NCBI GenBank assembly: GCA_001873215.1
Contig: MNYS01000006.1
Span: 122,839-172,440, forward strand
Length of the DNA stretch: 49,602 nt
Source: Candidatus Levybacteria bacterium CG2_30_37_29
GTDB taxonomy: Bacteria; Patescibacteriota; Microgenomatia; Levybacterales; GWA1-39-11
Direction: 5' to 3'
In this document: positions 17,180 through 26,354 of the stretch, one piece after another
Numbering within the stretch: the first letter of the stretch is position 1
Layout: each line of letters opens with the position of its first letter
Translations under genes and position numbers: made by a program
Notes under the pieces: generated by a model
What the model was told of the DNA's origin: nothing
Database searches by the model: none
Seen by the model: the letters and a program-made list of their open reading frames with translations, nothing else

Positions 17180-17863
17180 TTATTTCTTTTTTAAGGCAAC
17201 CTTTTTTCCAGCTTTTTTTGCAACAGATTCTGTTGAAGATTTTTTTTCTCCCAATTTTCTATATACATAAACTTCTGCCATCATGCCCAAAGGAATAGTT
17301 ATAAAAAGTCCTACAATAAAAGCAATTGCTCCAAGAATATTTATTCCTCCAATAAAAAGACGAAGAAAAAATAAATTCCATTTTACTCCGTTTGTGATTT
17401 TTGCGGAGGATTTTAGCGCTTCTATTGGTCCTAGCTCTTTATCAACAATGAAGTAAGAAAAATATTGAAATTTTATAGCCCAAACAATTCCCGGAATAAT
17501 AAGAAGTATAAGTCCTACCACAACAATTAGGCCATACAAAAAACTTGACGCTATATATTTTAAAAGGAGATGAGCGCCATAAAAAAGGTCGCTAAATTTT
17601 TTTCTTTTGTTGTCATGTATCTCAAGGGCAATTTTTATAACTCCCATTGCAACGATGAGTTCTAAAATCCAGCCCAAAATACTTATCACAAAAGAGAGAA
17701 TAGACGCGCCATTTTTCGAAGGGTCAAAAAGATTTTGTAGGATTCCCGGCAAGATTTGGACGAGAAATAAAAGTAGAAGCAGTGGGATAAAAAATCCCAA
17801 ATGTTTTTTTGACTCACCAAAACCATACGACAGTGCAGCTTTTTTTGAAAATGATTTCTTCAC
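17180..17863 (-). CDS. Integral membrane protein (DUF975-like)
   Basis: GLILLIIPGI.WAIKF.Y..YFIVDK..GPIEALK.S...T.G.KW pattern. Confidence 0.7.
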   Translation of the reverse strand: MKKSFSKKAALSYGFGESKKHLGFFIPLLLLLFLVQILPGILQNLFDPSKNGASILSFVISILGWILELIVAMGVIKIALEIHDNKRKKFSDLFYGAHLLLKYIASSFLYGLIVVVGLILLIIPGIVWAIKFQYFSYFIVDKELGPIEALKSSAKITNGVKWNLFFLRLFIGGINILGAIAFIVGLFITIPLGMMAEVYVYRKLGEKKSSTESVAKKAGKKVALKKK

Positions 17864-17909
17864 TAATTCTATTATTATTTATCAAAATAAAAATTTCAAG
17901 AGGTTAGTG

Positions 17910-19160
17910 CTAACTGCGGGTCGCGATGACATTGAGCCAGTCACTTTCAATGGGATTGAAAGGATTTTTAAAAAGTGTGCCGCCAAATTGTCCACCATAA
18001 AACTCAATTTTGTTAAATCCGTGTTGTTTTAATAATTTCTCAATTTTTTCTTGTGTTATGTGTGCAATGCTTGTTGAATTTAAAGCTCTATGTTTCCATT
18101 TTTTTCCGTCAAAATCCAAAATTTCCATATTAAGAGTAAGCATTTCTTTTGAGTTATCCGGGCTGTAGAATTCCAAAAATGCGTGGTCAAATTTCATGCC
18201 AGCTTTTGATGTGCCGTAATTTACTTCAAGAAACCCTTTTTTTTCTCTAAAAACTTTTTCATAATTTATTATTTGAAATACCAATACGGGATTTTTTGGA
18301 TCAAGTGCACCAACAACAGAAGAGAGAATTTTTATGTAGTTTTCTGCTGTATGCGCAAATGCATTTCCCAAAAAAATTGCGGCTTGAAATTCTCCCTTTT
18401 TATTTTTTAAAATTTCGTCATATTTACCGTGGACAAATTCTAATTTTTCAGATATATTTTTTGGTAATTTTTCAAGTTTTTGTTTTGCGGCATTAAGCAT
18501 CAGACGGCTTGCTTCAACCCCCAAAACGCTAAAGCCATTTTTTACCAAAGCTATATCATGTTCTCCGGTTCCAAAACCTATGTCAAGAATATTTGTCACT
18601 TTCTCTTTTTTAAATAACGAAACCAAGTCAGGTATTTCGTTTCCAAGACGTTTTTCCCAATCAACAAAGACATCATAATGTCTTGAAAGCCAGTCGTGAT
18701 ATTCTTCTTCGGAGTTTACGGGTATTTGATCTCCGACGGCAGCTCTAAAAATATCGCTGGTTGTGATAATTCCTTTTAAATTTCCATCTTCGTCAACGAC
18801 GGAAAGTCTTCTGACAGCATTAATCAGCATCAAAGATTGAGCTTTCATAAGAGGTGTATCAGCGGTTACCGTGACAGGTTTACTCATTATCTTTTTTGCA
18901 GGAAAATTTAGAATATCTTTTATCTTTTTCTCCATCTCTTCGAAGTCTCCGGAGATAAGAGGTTCTTCTACGAACTCTTTAATGCTGGGGAAAAATTGCC
19001 TGAGGATATCGCTTTCTGAAATAAAACCAACGACTTTTTTATTTTCACAAACAGGAACACCATTTATTCCAGCTCCAAAAATAAGTTTGGCAGCGTCCTT
19101 GAGTTTTACGTTGACAGATACGTAGCTTACCTTATGTGACATCGCGTCTGCTACTTTCAT
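17910..19160 (-). CDS. CBS-pair domain fused to class I SAM-dependent methyltransferase (glycine/sarcosine N-MTase-like)
   Basis: [27 protein letters not shown]; [11 protein letters not shown]; FLGNAFAH. Confidence 0.85.
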   Translation of the reverse strand: MKVADAMSHKVSYVSVNVKLKDAAKLIFGAGINGVPVCENKKVVGFISESDILRQFFPSIKEFVEEPLISGDFEEMEKKIKDILNFPAKKIMSKPVTVTADTPLMKAQSLMLINAVRRLSVVDEDGNLKGIITTSDIFRAAVGDQIPVNSEEEYHDWLSRHYDVFVDWEKRLGNEIPDLVSLFKKEKVTNILDIGFGTGEHDIALVKNGFSVLGVEASRLMLNAAKQKLEKLPKNISEKLEFVHGKYDEILKNKKGEFQAAIFLGNAFAHTAENYIKILSSVVGALDPKNPVLVFQIINYEKVFREKKGFLEVNYGTSKAGMKFDHAFLEFYSPDNSKEMLTLNMEILDFDGKKWKHRALNSTSIAHITQEKIEKLLKQHGFNKIEFYGGQFGGTLFKNPFNPIESDWLNVIATRS

Positions 19161-19220
19161 AATTCGAAGCAAAATCTATGCTACTTTAACATCAAAAAGA
19201 AGAAATAGCAAGAGAATTAG

Positions 19221-19979
19221 TTAATTTGTGTCTGTTATTGTTCCCTGGAGCATATTAAGTTGCTGTCTCATTTCCCATTGCTTTCTTCTTAAATAATATC
19301 TTTCGACCGGTTTATCGAAATCCTTTCCTTTAATTTTTATAACTGCTTGCTCTGGGAGTCTCATTTTCCCATCGAAGTCTGAGTTTTCTAATAAGTGAAT
19401 CATTCTTTCATGATTTGGAACTTCCATAATTACCGCTGCGTGAAGGCTTTTTCTTTGCCGCCCGTCGTACATTGGCGTTGTGAAGGCCCACCTGACAACT
19501 TTATCAAGAGCTTGTTTTCCAACATGTTTTGGTCCGTCTTCTTGTTTTCTGTTTTGCAAACTATTGACTATAACAAATTTATTAAGCCAGCTGTCATTTT
19601 GGTCTCTTTCAGCATCGCCTATAATCGCAAATCCGGCAATCTGACCGAGTTTATTAAATACTGCGAGCCCATGATTTCCGTCTATTTTAAGATAAGTTTT
19701 AAATTCCTCAACGTTTTCCGGAATTCCAGTAAAGTGATGTTTGTTTGATTCTGTGTTAAGAACTGCCAGATATAATTTTGCATATTCAGAAAGTGCCTCG
19801 TCATTATCTGTATCAATTTCATCAACTCTATCTATGATTGCTCTTTGTCTTTCTTGCACGGGATCCTGCACCGGTTCGCTTAATTGAAAATAGGGAATTC
19901 CTAGCATAGATTTTAATTCACCTGTTGAAAAAAATTCTTCAGGAAACCTATTTTGTACTGGAAATTCAGGTGTTGCCAT
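19221..19979 (-). CDS. Hypothetical protein with GNAT-like fold
   Basis: IAGFAII...WLNKFVIVNSLQ...HVGKQAL..VVRWAF resembles GNAT motif A. Confidence 0.55.
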   Translation of the reverse strand: MATPEFPVQNRFPEEFFSTGELKSMLGIPYFQLSEPVQDPVQERQRAIIDRVDEIDTDNDEALSEYAKLYLAVLNTESNKHHFTGIPENVEEFKTYLKIDGNHGLAVFNKLGQIAGFAIIGDAERDQNDSWLNKFVIVNSLQNRKQEDGPKHVGKQALDKVVRWAFTTPMYDGRQRKSLHAAVIMEVPNHERMIHLLENSDFDGKMRLPEQAVIKIKGKDFDKPVERYYLRRKQWEMRQQLNMLQGTITDTN

Positions 19980-20057
19980 GTTTTTTTTAAATACAAATGT
20001 TGCGAGCCTTATTATATAGGATGTATTATGAGTTGTCAAAGAATGGGGAGGATTAAG

Positions 20058-21380
20058 TCAGGGTAAAGGAAACTTTGAAGTGAAAGATTTTACCTCATTA
20101 CAAATTTTTAAAAGTTCTTGGTTTTTCAAAGCCCGTTTTTTAAAGTCTTTCATGAATACCGAACGTTCTTCTTTGTTTTCCGGAAGTCTCTCATTCTTTA
20201 CTTGCTCAATCGCGCGATTTATCCAAGCAGCAACCCTTATCATGTCTTTTTCCTTCATACCTCGGGTTGTAATCGCGGGCGTTCCAAGCCTTATTCCGCC
20301 CGGATAGAACGGGGGATTGGTATCAAAGGGAATACCGTTTTTATTAACAACAATGCCTGCAACTTCAAGCGCAAAGGCGGCTATCGCACCGTTGACGCCT
20401 TTGTTTGATAAATCTATAAGAATAAGGTGGTTATCGGTTCCGTTTGAAACAAGTTTAAACTTAAATTTTATTAATTCATCCGAAAGAGCTTTTGCATTTT
20501 TTACAATTTGTTTTGCATATTGTTTAAACTTAAGACTTGACGCTTCAAGAAGCGCAACAGCAATTGCTGCTGTTTGATTATCATGAGGTCCGCCCTGAAG
20601 TCCCGGAATAATTGCAGTGTCAATTTTTTTTGAAAGCTCGGGATCTTTTTCCAAACCCTTTTTTGTTACCATAATAAGCGCGCCGCGGGGCCCGCGAAGT
20701 GTTTTATGTGTTGTTGTTGTGACAATATGAGCATAGGGAACAGGGCTTGGGTGAGCGCCTCCTACAATAAGTCCTGCAATATGAGATATGTCAGCAAGGA
20801 GAATTGCCCCCGCCTTATCCGCTATTTGAGCGAATTGTTTGAAATCAACAATCCGTGGATATGCTGTAAAACCACAAACTATAATGTCTGGTTTTTCGGC
20901 TATTGCTTGCTGTTCGATTTTCTCATAATCCAATTTTCCGTCTTCTCCAAGCGTATACAAAACAGATTTAAAAAATTTTCCGCTTGCTGACATCTTTTGT
21001 CCGTGAGTAAGATGTCCTCCGAAGGCAAGCGATAGTCCCATTATTTTCCCCTTCAATGGTTCAAGTGTTGCAAAATAAACAGCAAGATTCATAACAGATC
21101 CTGACAGTGCTTGAACATTTACATAAGGAACGCCAAACAATTTTTTTGCGCGGTCCTGCGCAAGAAGTTCAACTGAGTCCGCAACCGCATTTCCCTGGTA
21201 ATATCTTTTTTTGGGATAACCTTCGGAATATTTATTGTTTAGTACCGTTCCAAGCGCTTCCAAGACAGCAGAGGAAGCATAATTTTCAGACGGAATCATT
21301 TCCAAAACCTCTTTTTGCCGCTTCTCTTCAAGTTTTATTAGATTATAAATTTGTGGATCAATCTTCCTAAGCGTTTTCAT
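20058..21380 (-). CDS. glyA: Serine hydroxymethyltransferase
   Basis: NKYSEGYP.KRYY.G, GGHLTHG, TTTTHKTLRGPRG, QGGP, GTDNHL, GIRLGTPAITTRG. Confidence 0.98.
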   Translation of the reverse strand: MKTLRKIDPQIYNLIKLEEKRQKEVLEMIPSENYASSAVLEALGTVLNNKYSEGYPKKRYYQGNAVADSVELLAQDRAKKLFGVPYVNVQALSGSVMNLAVYFATLEPLKGKIMGLSLAFGGHLTHGQKMSASGKFFKSVLYTLGEDGKLDYEKIEQQAIAEKPDIIVCGFTAYPRIVDFKQFAQIADKAGAILLADISHIAGLIVGGAHPSPVPYAHIVTTTTHKTLRGPRGALIMVTKKGLEKDPELSKKIDTAIIPGLQGGPHDNQTAAIAVALLEASSLKFKQYAKQIVKNAKALSDELIKFKFKLVSNGTDNHLILIDLSNKGVNGAIAAFALEVAGIVVNKNGIPFDTNPPFYPGGIRLGTPAITTRGMKEKDMIRVAAWINRAIEQVKNERLPENKEERSVFMKDFKKRALKNQELLKICNEVKSFTSKFPLP

Positions 21381-21512
21381 TACGACCTATTATATATAGG
21401 TAGGTTTCAAATTCCAAGAGGAAGTTTGCGAATAAGTTTGGGAAGCTGTTATTTGCTTTCACAATGTTTGTGTTTTAAAATATAACAATTCGGGCAAACT
21501 AAGCCCAATTAT

Positions 21513-21583
21513 ATGGATAAGCAAAGCTTTCCGTTGGATAAGAAAATCTTTCTGTTAGATAAGAAAATCTTTCCGATGGATAA
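21513..21583 (+). repeat. 21-bp tandem repeat (~3.4 copies) at uppS 5' end
   Basis: ATGGATAAGCAAAGCTTTCCG / TTGGATAAGAAAATCTTTCTG / TTAGATAAGAAAATCTTTCCG / ATGGATAA. Confidence 0.9.
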
Positions 21584-22271
21584 ATCAGAAATACCCGCGC
21601 ATGTCGCAATTATTCCTGATGGGAATAGGCGATGGGCAAAAGCGCATAAGCTTTCATCTCTTCAAGGCCACAAAAAGGGATTTGATATTGCCGTAATTTT
21701 ATGCAGAAAACTTAGGGAGCTTGGAGTCTCTACTGTAACCCTCTGGGCTTTTTCGACTGAAAATTGGAGCAGGACGCCCCGGGAAGTTTCTTACCTTATG
21801 CGTTTGTACGGATTTCTTGCGGATAAATATCTGTCAGAGGCAATGAAAGACAAAATAAAAATAACACATCTTGGAAGAAAAGATAGATTGCCAAAAAACC
21901 TTCTTAACAAAATTATTAACATGGAAGAAAAAACAAAAAATTTCACCAATTACTTTATAAATATTGCGCTTGATTACGGAGGGCGGGATGAGATAATTCG
22001 AGGCATAAAAAAAGCGGGCGAAAAAGGAGTGGCGCAAGAAATATCGGTTGAAAATTTCAACAACTTTTTAGATACTTCAGGCCAGCCTTATCCTGACCCC
22101 GATTTAATAATAAGGACAAGCGGTGAATTTAGGACTTCAGGATTTATGCCATGGCAGGGAGCATACTCCGAATATTTATATTTGGATAAATATTTTCCCG
22201 CGCTTTTGCCACGCGACATGGAAGATGCCCTGCAAGAATATGCAAGCCGGAAAAGAAGATTTGGAAAGTAA
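21513..22271 (+). CDS. uppS: Undecaprenyl diphosphate synthase (cis-prenyltransferase)
   Basis: HVAIIPDGNRRWA, WAFSTENW.R, DYGGRDEI, PDLIIRTSGE.R.SGF. Confidence 0.96.
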   Translation: MDKQSFPLDKKIFLLDKKIFPMDKSEIPAHVAIIPDGNRRWAKAHKLSSLQGHKKGFDIAVILCRKLRELGVSTVTLWAFSTENWSRTPREVSYLMRLYGFLADKYLSEAMKDKIKITHLGRKDRLPKNLLNKIINMEEKTKNFTNYFINIALDYGGRDEIIRGIKKAGEKGVAQEISVENFNNFLDTSGQPYPDPDLIIRTSGEFRTSGFMPWQGAYSEYLYLDKYFPALLPRDMEDALQEYASRKRRFGK

Positions 22272-22329
22272 CACCTTCCAGTTAAAACGCCTTGACGAAT
22301 AATAACCGCTGTGAAATACTTATTTTAGA

Positions 22330-22533
22330 ATGGAAAAAATAATTGAGAGGTTTGGATGGTTAAAAACCTCAATAATTCTTATAATAATAGGTGTTATCTT
22401 TTTGGTTTATTCAATATATTCTACAATGCAGATAGCAAGAATTTATACTGCAAAAAAACCACCGCAGTCCCCGGCGCAAAAAACACCCGAAATTAAGCAA
22501 AATATTAATATTTTTCCGAGTATCACAAAGTAA
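22330..22533 (+). CDS. Small single-TM protein
   Basis: 67 aa; TTGACG...AATACT promoter-like sequence upstream. Confidence 0.6.
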   Translation: MEKIIERFGWLKTSIILIIIGVIFLVYSIYSTMQIARIYTAKKPPQSPAQKTPEIKQNINIFPSITK

Positions 22534-22542
22534 ATTAAGGAC

Positions 22543-22752
22543 TTAAATTATTGGAGTTGGTGTAGGAGTGGGCGTTGCGCCTCCGGGTAAAAGAATAGGT
22601 ACAGGAGTGATAGTTGGTGTTGCATCAGAGCCTACCCGTTTTAGTTCTGTAATTTTAAAAAGAGATTTGCCGGAAACAAAAAAAACGGCAAAAACAAGGA
22701 CAACAAGAAGTAAATAAATTTCCGTATCTCCGCGGGTACTATTTTTTTTCAT
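22543..22752 (-). CDS. Small pilin-like protein with PT tail
   Basis: MKKNSTRG|DTEIYLLLVVLVFAVFFVSG leader. Confidence 0.6.
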   Translation of the reverse strand: MKKNSTRGDTEIYLLLVVLVFAVFFVSGKSLFKITELKRVGSDATPTITPVPILLPGGATPTPTPTPII

Positions 22753-22758
22753 AATCTT

Positions 22759-24186
22759 TTACATGAAGCAGGAGAAAGGATGATTTTTGTCTTTTTTAAA
22801 TATTCCTCCCCATTCAACGACCGTGAATCCACTTCTTTTAATTGGCGTAATTACCGGCTGGGTAATATCAATTTTATTTTCCAGCGCTTCAAAATAAAGA
22901 GTAACGCGGATAACAGTATTTGGGGTGGGGGAGATAGAAAGTGGAGCAATTGAATTTAGGTTTGATTGTGAGACAATACCTATAAAATAATAAGGAGAAT
23001 CGGGCAAAGCTTTTATCCAGTAATTTTTAAATTCATCAGCTTCTTTTTTATTCAATGAAAGCTTGGGAAGAATTTCCGTCAAAAAGCTGGCAAGATCATT
23101 TTTTGCAACAACAAATCCTTTATCCGGTTTTTCTATATTACTATCAGGAATTTCCGCCTCGTAGTAAAGATAGTCATAACTCTTGTTTTGGTATGAAAGA
23201 ATTCCATTTGGCTGGGCTTGTACGTCCCAGCCGCTTTGTGGATATTGTGGGTCCGTATACAACATTTTTCCAACCGGCGCAACTTTTACATTTACATTTG
23301 TTGTGGTTGTGGGATACAGGTAGATTGCGGGCTTGCAAAGAGGCGAAAGCCATGGAATCGAAATGCCCTCCTGTTCTACTGTAAAAGTCCGTAATTGGAG
23401 GTTCGTTTTCCCGGGATAATCCGTAGGTAGTATTATTTTCTGGCCCGACCCTTTTGCAGGAGTATCGGGCCCAAAATTTTTATCGCAGTTTTTAATAAAA
23501 TCCGGCATTCCGGAAGAATCATATTCTGATATTTTATAATAAGCATCATAAACTGTTTTATCTGTTCCATAGCAAGATATATCAGCCGCAGGATTGGGCC
23601 ACGTGCATGCAGCGGCAGTACAATTTTGCTTGCAGATAAAAATAAGGTTGTCGTTTGGAATTGCGTCGCAGTATTTTTGTATATCAGCATTTGTATAGTT
23701 TCGTTTCATAAACATATATGGATCAGGCGGATTTTTTTTAAAGTACAAATCTTTTGGATGACCGATAGGATCTGGTCTGTTACAAAAGCTTTTTACAGCA
23801 GGATTATCAACGGCATGTGTATCTGAAGAGTTAAGGATAATTGGTTTTCCGTCAGGTGTTGTTATTCCGCTGTCTTTTAAGTGAAGATTCCCTTCGGTAA
23901 GAACACTGTTTGTTCTAAGAAGTCCGTATCTTTCTCCATTGAACGTTATTACCTGGTTTTTGCTCTCGTCTCTTTGTGGTTGGCAGGCGTCTCCGTCTCC
24001 GGTATCACAGCATGTTGTTGAAGTGCTAAATCCAATCGGAGAATTTCCACGATTTTGACCGAAAAGTCCGCCTCCAATAATAAATCCGAAAATAACCGCG
24101 AAAATCAGGATAATAATTTCAACCCCGCCTCTCGTGGTTAAGCGCTTCTTTTGAATTTTCTTTCTTTTTTTTATTTTTGGCATCAC
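22759..24186 (-). CDS. Pilin-like-leader protein with Cys-rich region and conserved KPxIYLYP...GFTVVEWGG domain of unknown function
   Basis: TTRG|GVEIIILIF leader; KPAIYLYP, GW.V.A.PNG, YLYYEA, YW...L, RSGFTVVEWGG. Confidence 0.75.
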   Translation of the reverse strand: MMPKIKKRKKIQKKRLTTRGGVEIIILIFAVIFGFIIGGGLFGQNRGNSPIGFSTSTTCCDTGDGDACQPQRDESKNQVITFNGERYGLLRTNSVLTEGNLHLKDSGITTPDGKPIILNSSDTHAVDNPAVKSFCNRPDPIGHPKDLYFKKNPPDPYMFMKRNYTNADIQKYCDAIPNDNLIFICKQNCTAAACTWPNPAADISCYGTDKTVYDAYYKISEYDSSGMPDFIKNCDKNFGPDTPAKGSGQKIILPTDYPGKTNLQLRTFTVEQEGISIPWLSPLCKPAIYLYPTTTTNVNVKVAPVGKMLYTDPQYPQSGWDVQAQPNGILSYQNKSYDYLYYEAEIPDSNIEKPDKGFVVAKNDLASFLTEILPKLSLNKKEADEFKNYWIKALPDSPYYFIGIVSQSNLNSIAPLSISPTPNTVIRVTLYFEALENKIDITQPVITPIKRSGFTVVEWGGIFKKDKNHPFSCFM

Positions 24187-24216
24187 TAATTATAGTATGG
24201 CTAACTAATCGTTGTG

Positions 24217-24603
24217 TCAACTGCCATAATCAGGTGTTGGTGTGGGTGGAGGAGGGGTAGGAGTATGGGTTGGTCCACTTCCAGGCGGAGGAGTCGGAGT
24301 TGGAGTCGGTGTAGGGCCGGGAGGATTTGTGGGGGTAGGTGTTGTCGGCGGCAAAGTAGGTGGGATAGGAGTCGGAGTGGGGGAAATAAATTTCAGGGTT
24401 CCGATTTGGAGATTTTTTTTAGGACCAATAATCCCTGAGTCAACAGGAATACCGGCCGGTTCAGTTGAATTAGGGGTAATTTTTCGGGTATAAACGCCGC
24501 CGACTAAAAATATGCTTCCTACAACAACTGCCGCAACAATTAAATAAATAATCCCCTGACCTTGTGTTTTTAAAAAAAATTGTTGCCTCTTCTTTCTTAG
24601 CAT
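24217..24603 (-). CDS. Pilin-like-leader protein with Pro/Thr-rich tail
   Basis: KTQG|QGIIYLIVAAVVVGSIFLVGG; KKNLQIGTLKF motif. Confidence 0.65.
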   Translation of the reverse strand: MLRKKRQQFFLKTQGQGIIYLIVAAVVVGSIFLVGGVYTRKITPNSTEPAGIPVDSGIIGPKKNLQIGTLKFISPTPTPIPPTLPPTTPTPTNPPGPTPTPTPTPPPGSGPTHTPTPPPPTPTPDYGS

Positions 24604-24612
24604 GAGAAATTA

Positions 24613-25584
24613 TCAGGTGCAAATTTTCTGGGAAATACTTTTGAAAATAGCTTTAAAATCGGTAGCGTCGTTTGCTAAGAAATAGTCGGTAGCGGGATCT
24701 GTGGTAATAGTTTTCATCATATTTTCGATTTTGCTTCTGAAATGTTCATCTGCAGCACTAATAATAACTATTGAGAATATTCTGACATTTTTACCGCCAC
24801 CGCTTACTAAGCTTTTTATTTCCGCTGATATATTGCTACCGGCTGTTGGGTCTTCATTTGGATCAAAACACCTGCATTTTCCGGTGGTCGGACTTGCGGT
24901 GCATGACGGTCCTCCTATGCTCCCCGGACAAATTTTGTTATTTTCTCCTGTTTCCGGTATTCCGTCAGTAAAGAAAATAAGATTGAAATTGTAGGTATTA
25001 AATTTAGTATTTGCCACAGCTGCCCTAAGGTCATCAAGCTCAGCGCTAAAAGCTGTTCTTGTCATCGTACCGAAATTGGCTGAAAGTGAATTTACTGTTT
25101 GGTTATATGCGCTTCTATTTTTTGAATAAAAATCAATTGGGACAAGACGGGACGTAGGAGGCAATCCAGAATCATTCGTGCTGCTGAAACGCCTTATGCC
25201 TACAGCTGTTTTGTCGTTAAAATTGGCGGCAAAATTTTGCATAGCTTGTTTTAGATTTGCAAGCTTTACTCCTCCATCAAAAGCCATGGATCCGGATGTG
25301 TCTATAAGAAAATCGATTGCCGCTTGATCGCTGCATTTTTTAAATTTGAATGTTTCAATTTTAAGGGATTTGCCATTTTGATTTGTCGGGACAGAGGTTA
25401 AGTCTACTTCCCCGACATCATCCATATTTACTTTTGAGTCGTCAAGTTCCGGAAAAATGCCCCCTGCCAAAATAATCGCGCCGAGAACAACGACACCCAA
25501 GATAAGCGTAATTGCGATATCCCCACGCCTCAAAAAACTAAAAAAAGATTTTTTCCTTTGACGTACAACCCGTTTTTTCCTCAT
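24613..25584 (-). CDS. von Willebrand factor A domain protein with pilin-like leader
   Basis: MIDAS DTSGSM, FGT.T, IFFTDG; RRG|DIAITLILGVVVLG leader. Confidence 0.85.
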   Translation of the reverse strand: MRKKRVVRQRKKSFFSFLRRGDIAITLILGVVVLGAIILAGGIFPELDDSKVNMDDVGEVDLTSVPTNQNGKSLKIETFKFKKCSDQAAIDFLIDTSGSMAFDGGVKLANLKQAMQNFAANFNDKTAVGIRRFSSTNDSGLPPTSRLVPIDFYSKNRSAYNQTVNSLSANFGTMTRTAFSAELDDLRAAVANTKFNTYNFNLIFFTDGIPETGENNKICPGSIGGPSCTASPTTGKCRCFDPNEDPTAGSNISAEIKSLVSGGGKNVRIFSIVIISAADEHFRSKIENMMKTITTDPATDYFLANDATDFKAIFKSISQKICT

Positions 25585-25638
25585 ATACTCTAAGTGTAAT
25601 ACATATTTTTTTCGCGTGTCAAGGAAAAAAATAGCTTA

Positions 25639-25653
25639 CAGGGTCCGACCCTG
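25639..25653. repeat. Dispersed REP-like palindrome family A
   Basis: CAGGGTCCGACCCTG, intergenic, 9 kb from the transposase. Confidence 0.88.
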
Positions 25654-25700
25654 CTATTCCAAATGTAAATTATGAGTCAATGCACGGTTTCGTATTATGT

Positions 25701-26351
25701 TTATCGTGGAATAGAGGTGCTGTCTTGGAGAAAGGTGATTTCAAGGTCTGTTTTCTCAAATTTTACTTGTTTACCCAAATTAATAAGGGCGGTTAATGAA
25801 GTTATCTGGATTCCAAACTTTTCTTTATTTGATAAATTTACAACATCATATTTTATTGTCGCCAATTTCCCTTTTCCTGTTTTTGGCGTATCAGTATTAG
25901 TATTATTTAAGGCAAGAGTGATGAAAGCTTTTCCTTTTTCCTGATTTACGATTGTCTGGTCAACCCTGAATTCTGAAAATGGAGAAGTTAGATCATCTGT
26001 TTTATTTACGCTTACATTTGAAATCATACTTGGGTCAAATGACAATTCCATTTGTACTATCGCAACACCTTTTCCTTGTGTGTCAAGAACAATATCAGAC
26101 GAGATCCCATTCTGTTTTTTCTGAAGTAGCTTTATTGACGGAGGAGAGAAGTAGAGAAATGCAGGGTTTTTTCTAATCACAGTTTCCGAAGTTTTATTTG
26201 GTTTCGTAAAATCATTTTTATCCGTTTTTAATTGTGAAAGCACAACAACAATTACGGTTAGCAAAACCAAAATTCCCACACAAACAAGAGCAATAATTAT
26301 ATTTTTTTTACTCAAAATCTGTTTTTCTTCTATTTCTATATCATTTTCCAT
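25701..26351 (-). CDS. Membrane-anchored cohesin-like protein
   Basis: TM; LYFSPPS...DIVLDT.GKGV..VQMELSFDP...G.GKLATI. Confidence 0.7.
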   Translation of the reverse strand: MENDIEIEEKQILSKKNIIIALVCVGILVLLTVIVVVLSQLKTDKNDFTKPNKTSETVIRKNPAFLYFSPPSIKLLQKKQNGISSDIVLDTQGKGVAIVQMELSFDPSMISNVSVNKTDDLTSPFSEFRVDQTIVNQEKGKAFITLALNNTNTDTPKTGKGKLATIKYDVVNLSNKEKFGIQITSLTALINLGKQVKFEKTDLEITFLQDSTSIPR

Positions 26352-26354
26352 AAT

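Noticed and set aside
21381-21512. Riboswitch (ZTP, glycine, THF) upstream of glyA
   Set aside because: Short AT-rich divergent promoter region without the conserved aptamer motifs.
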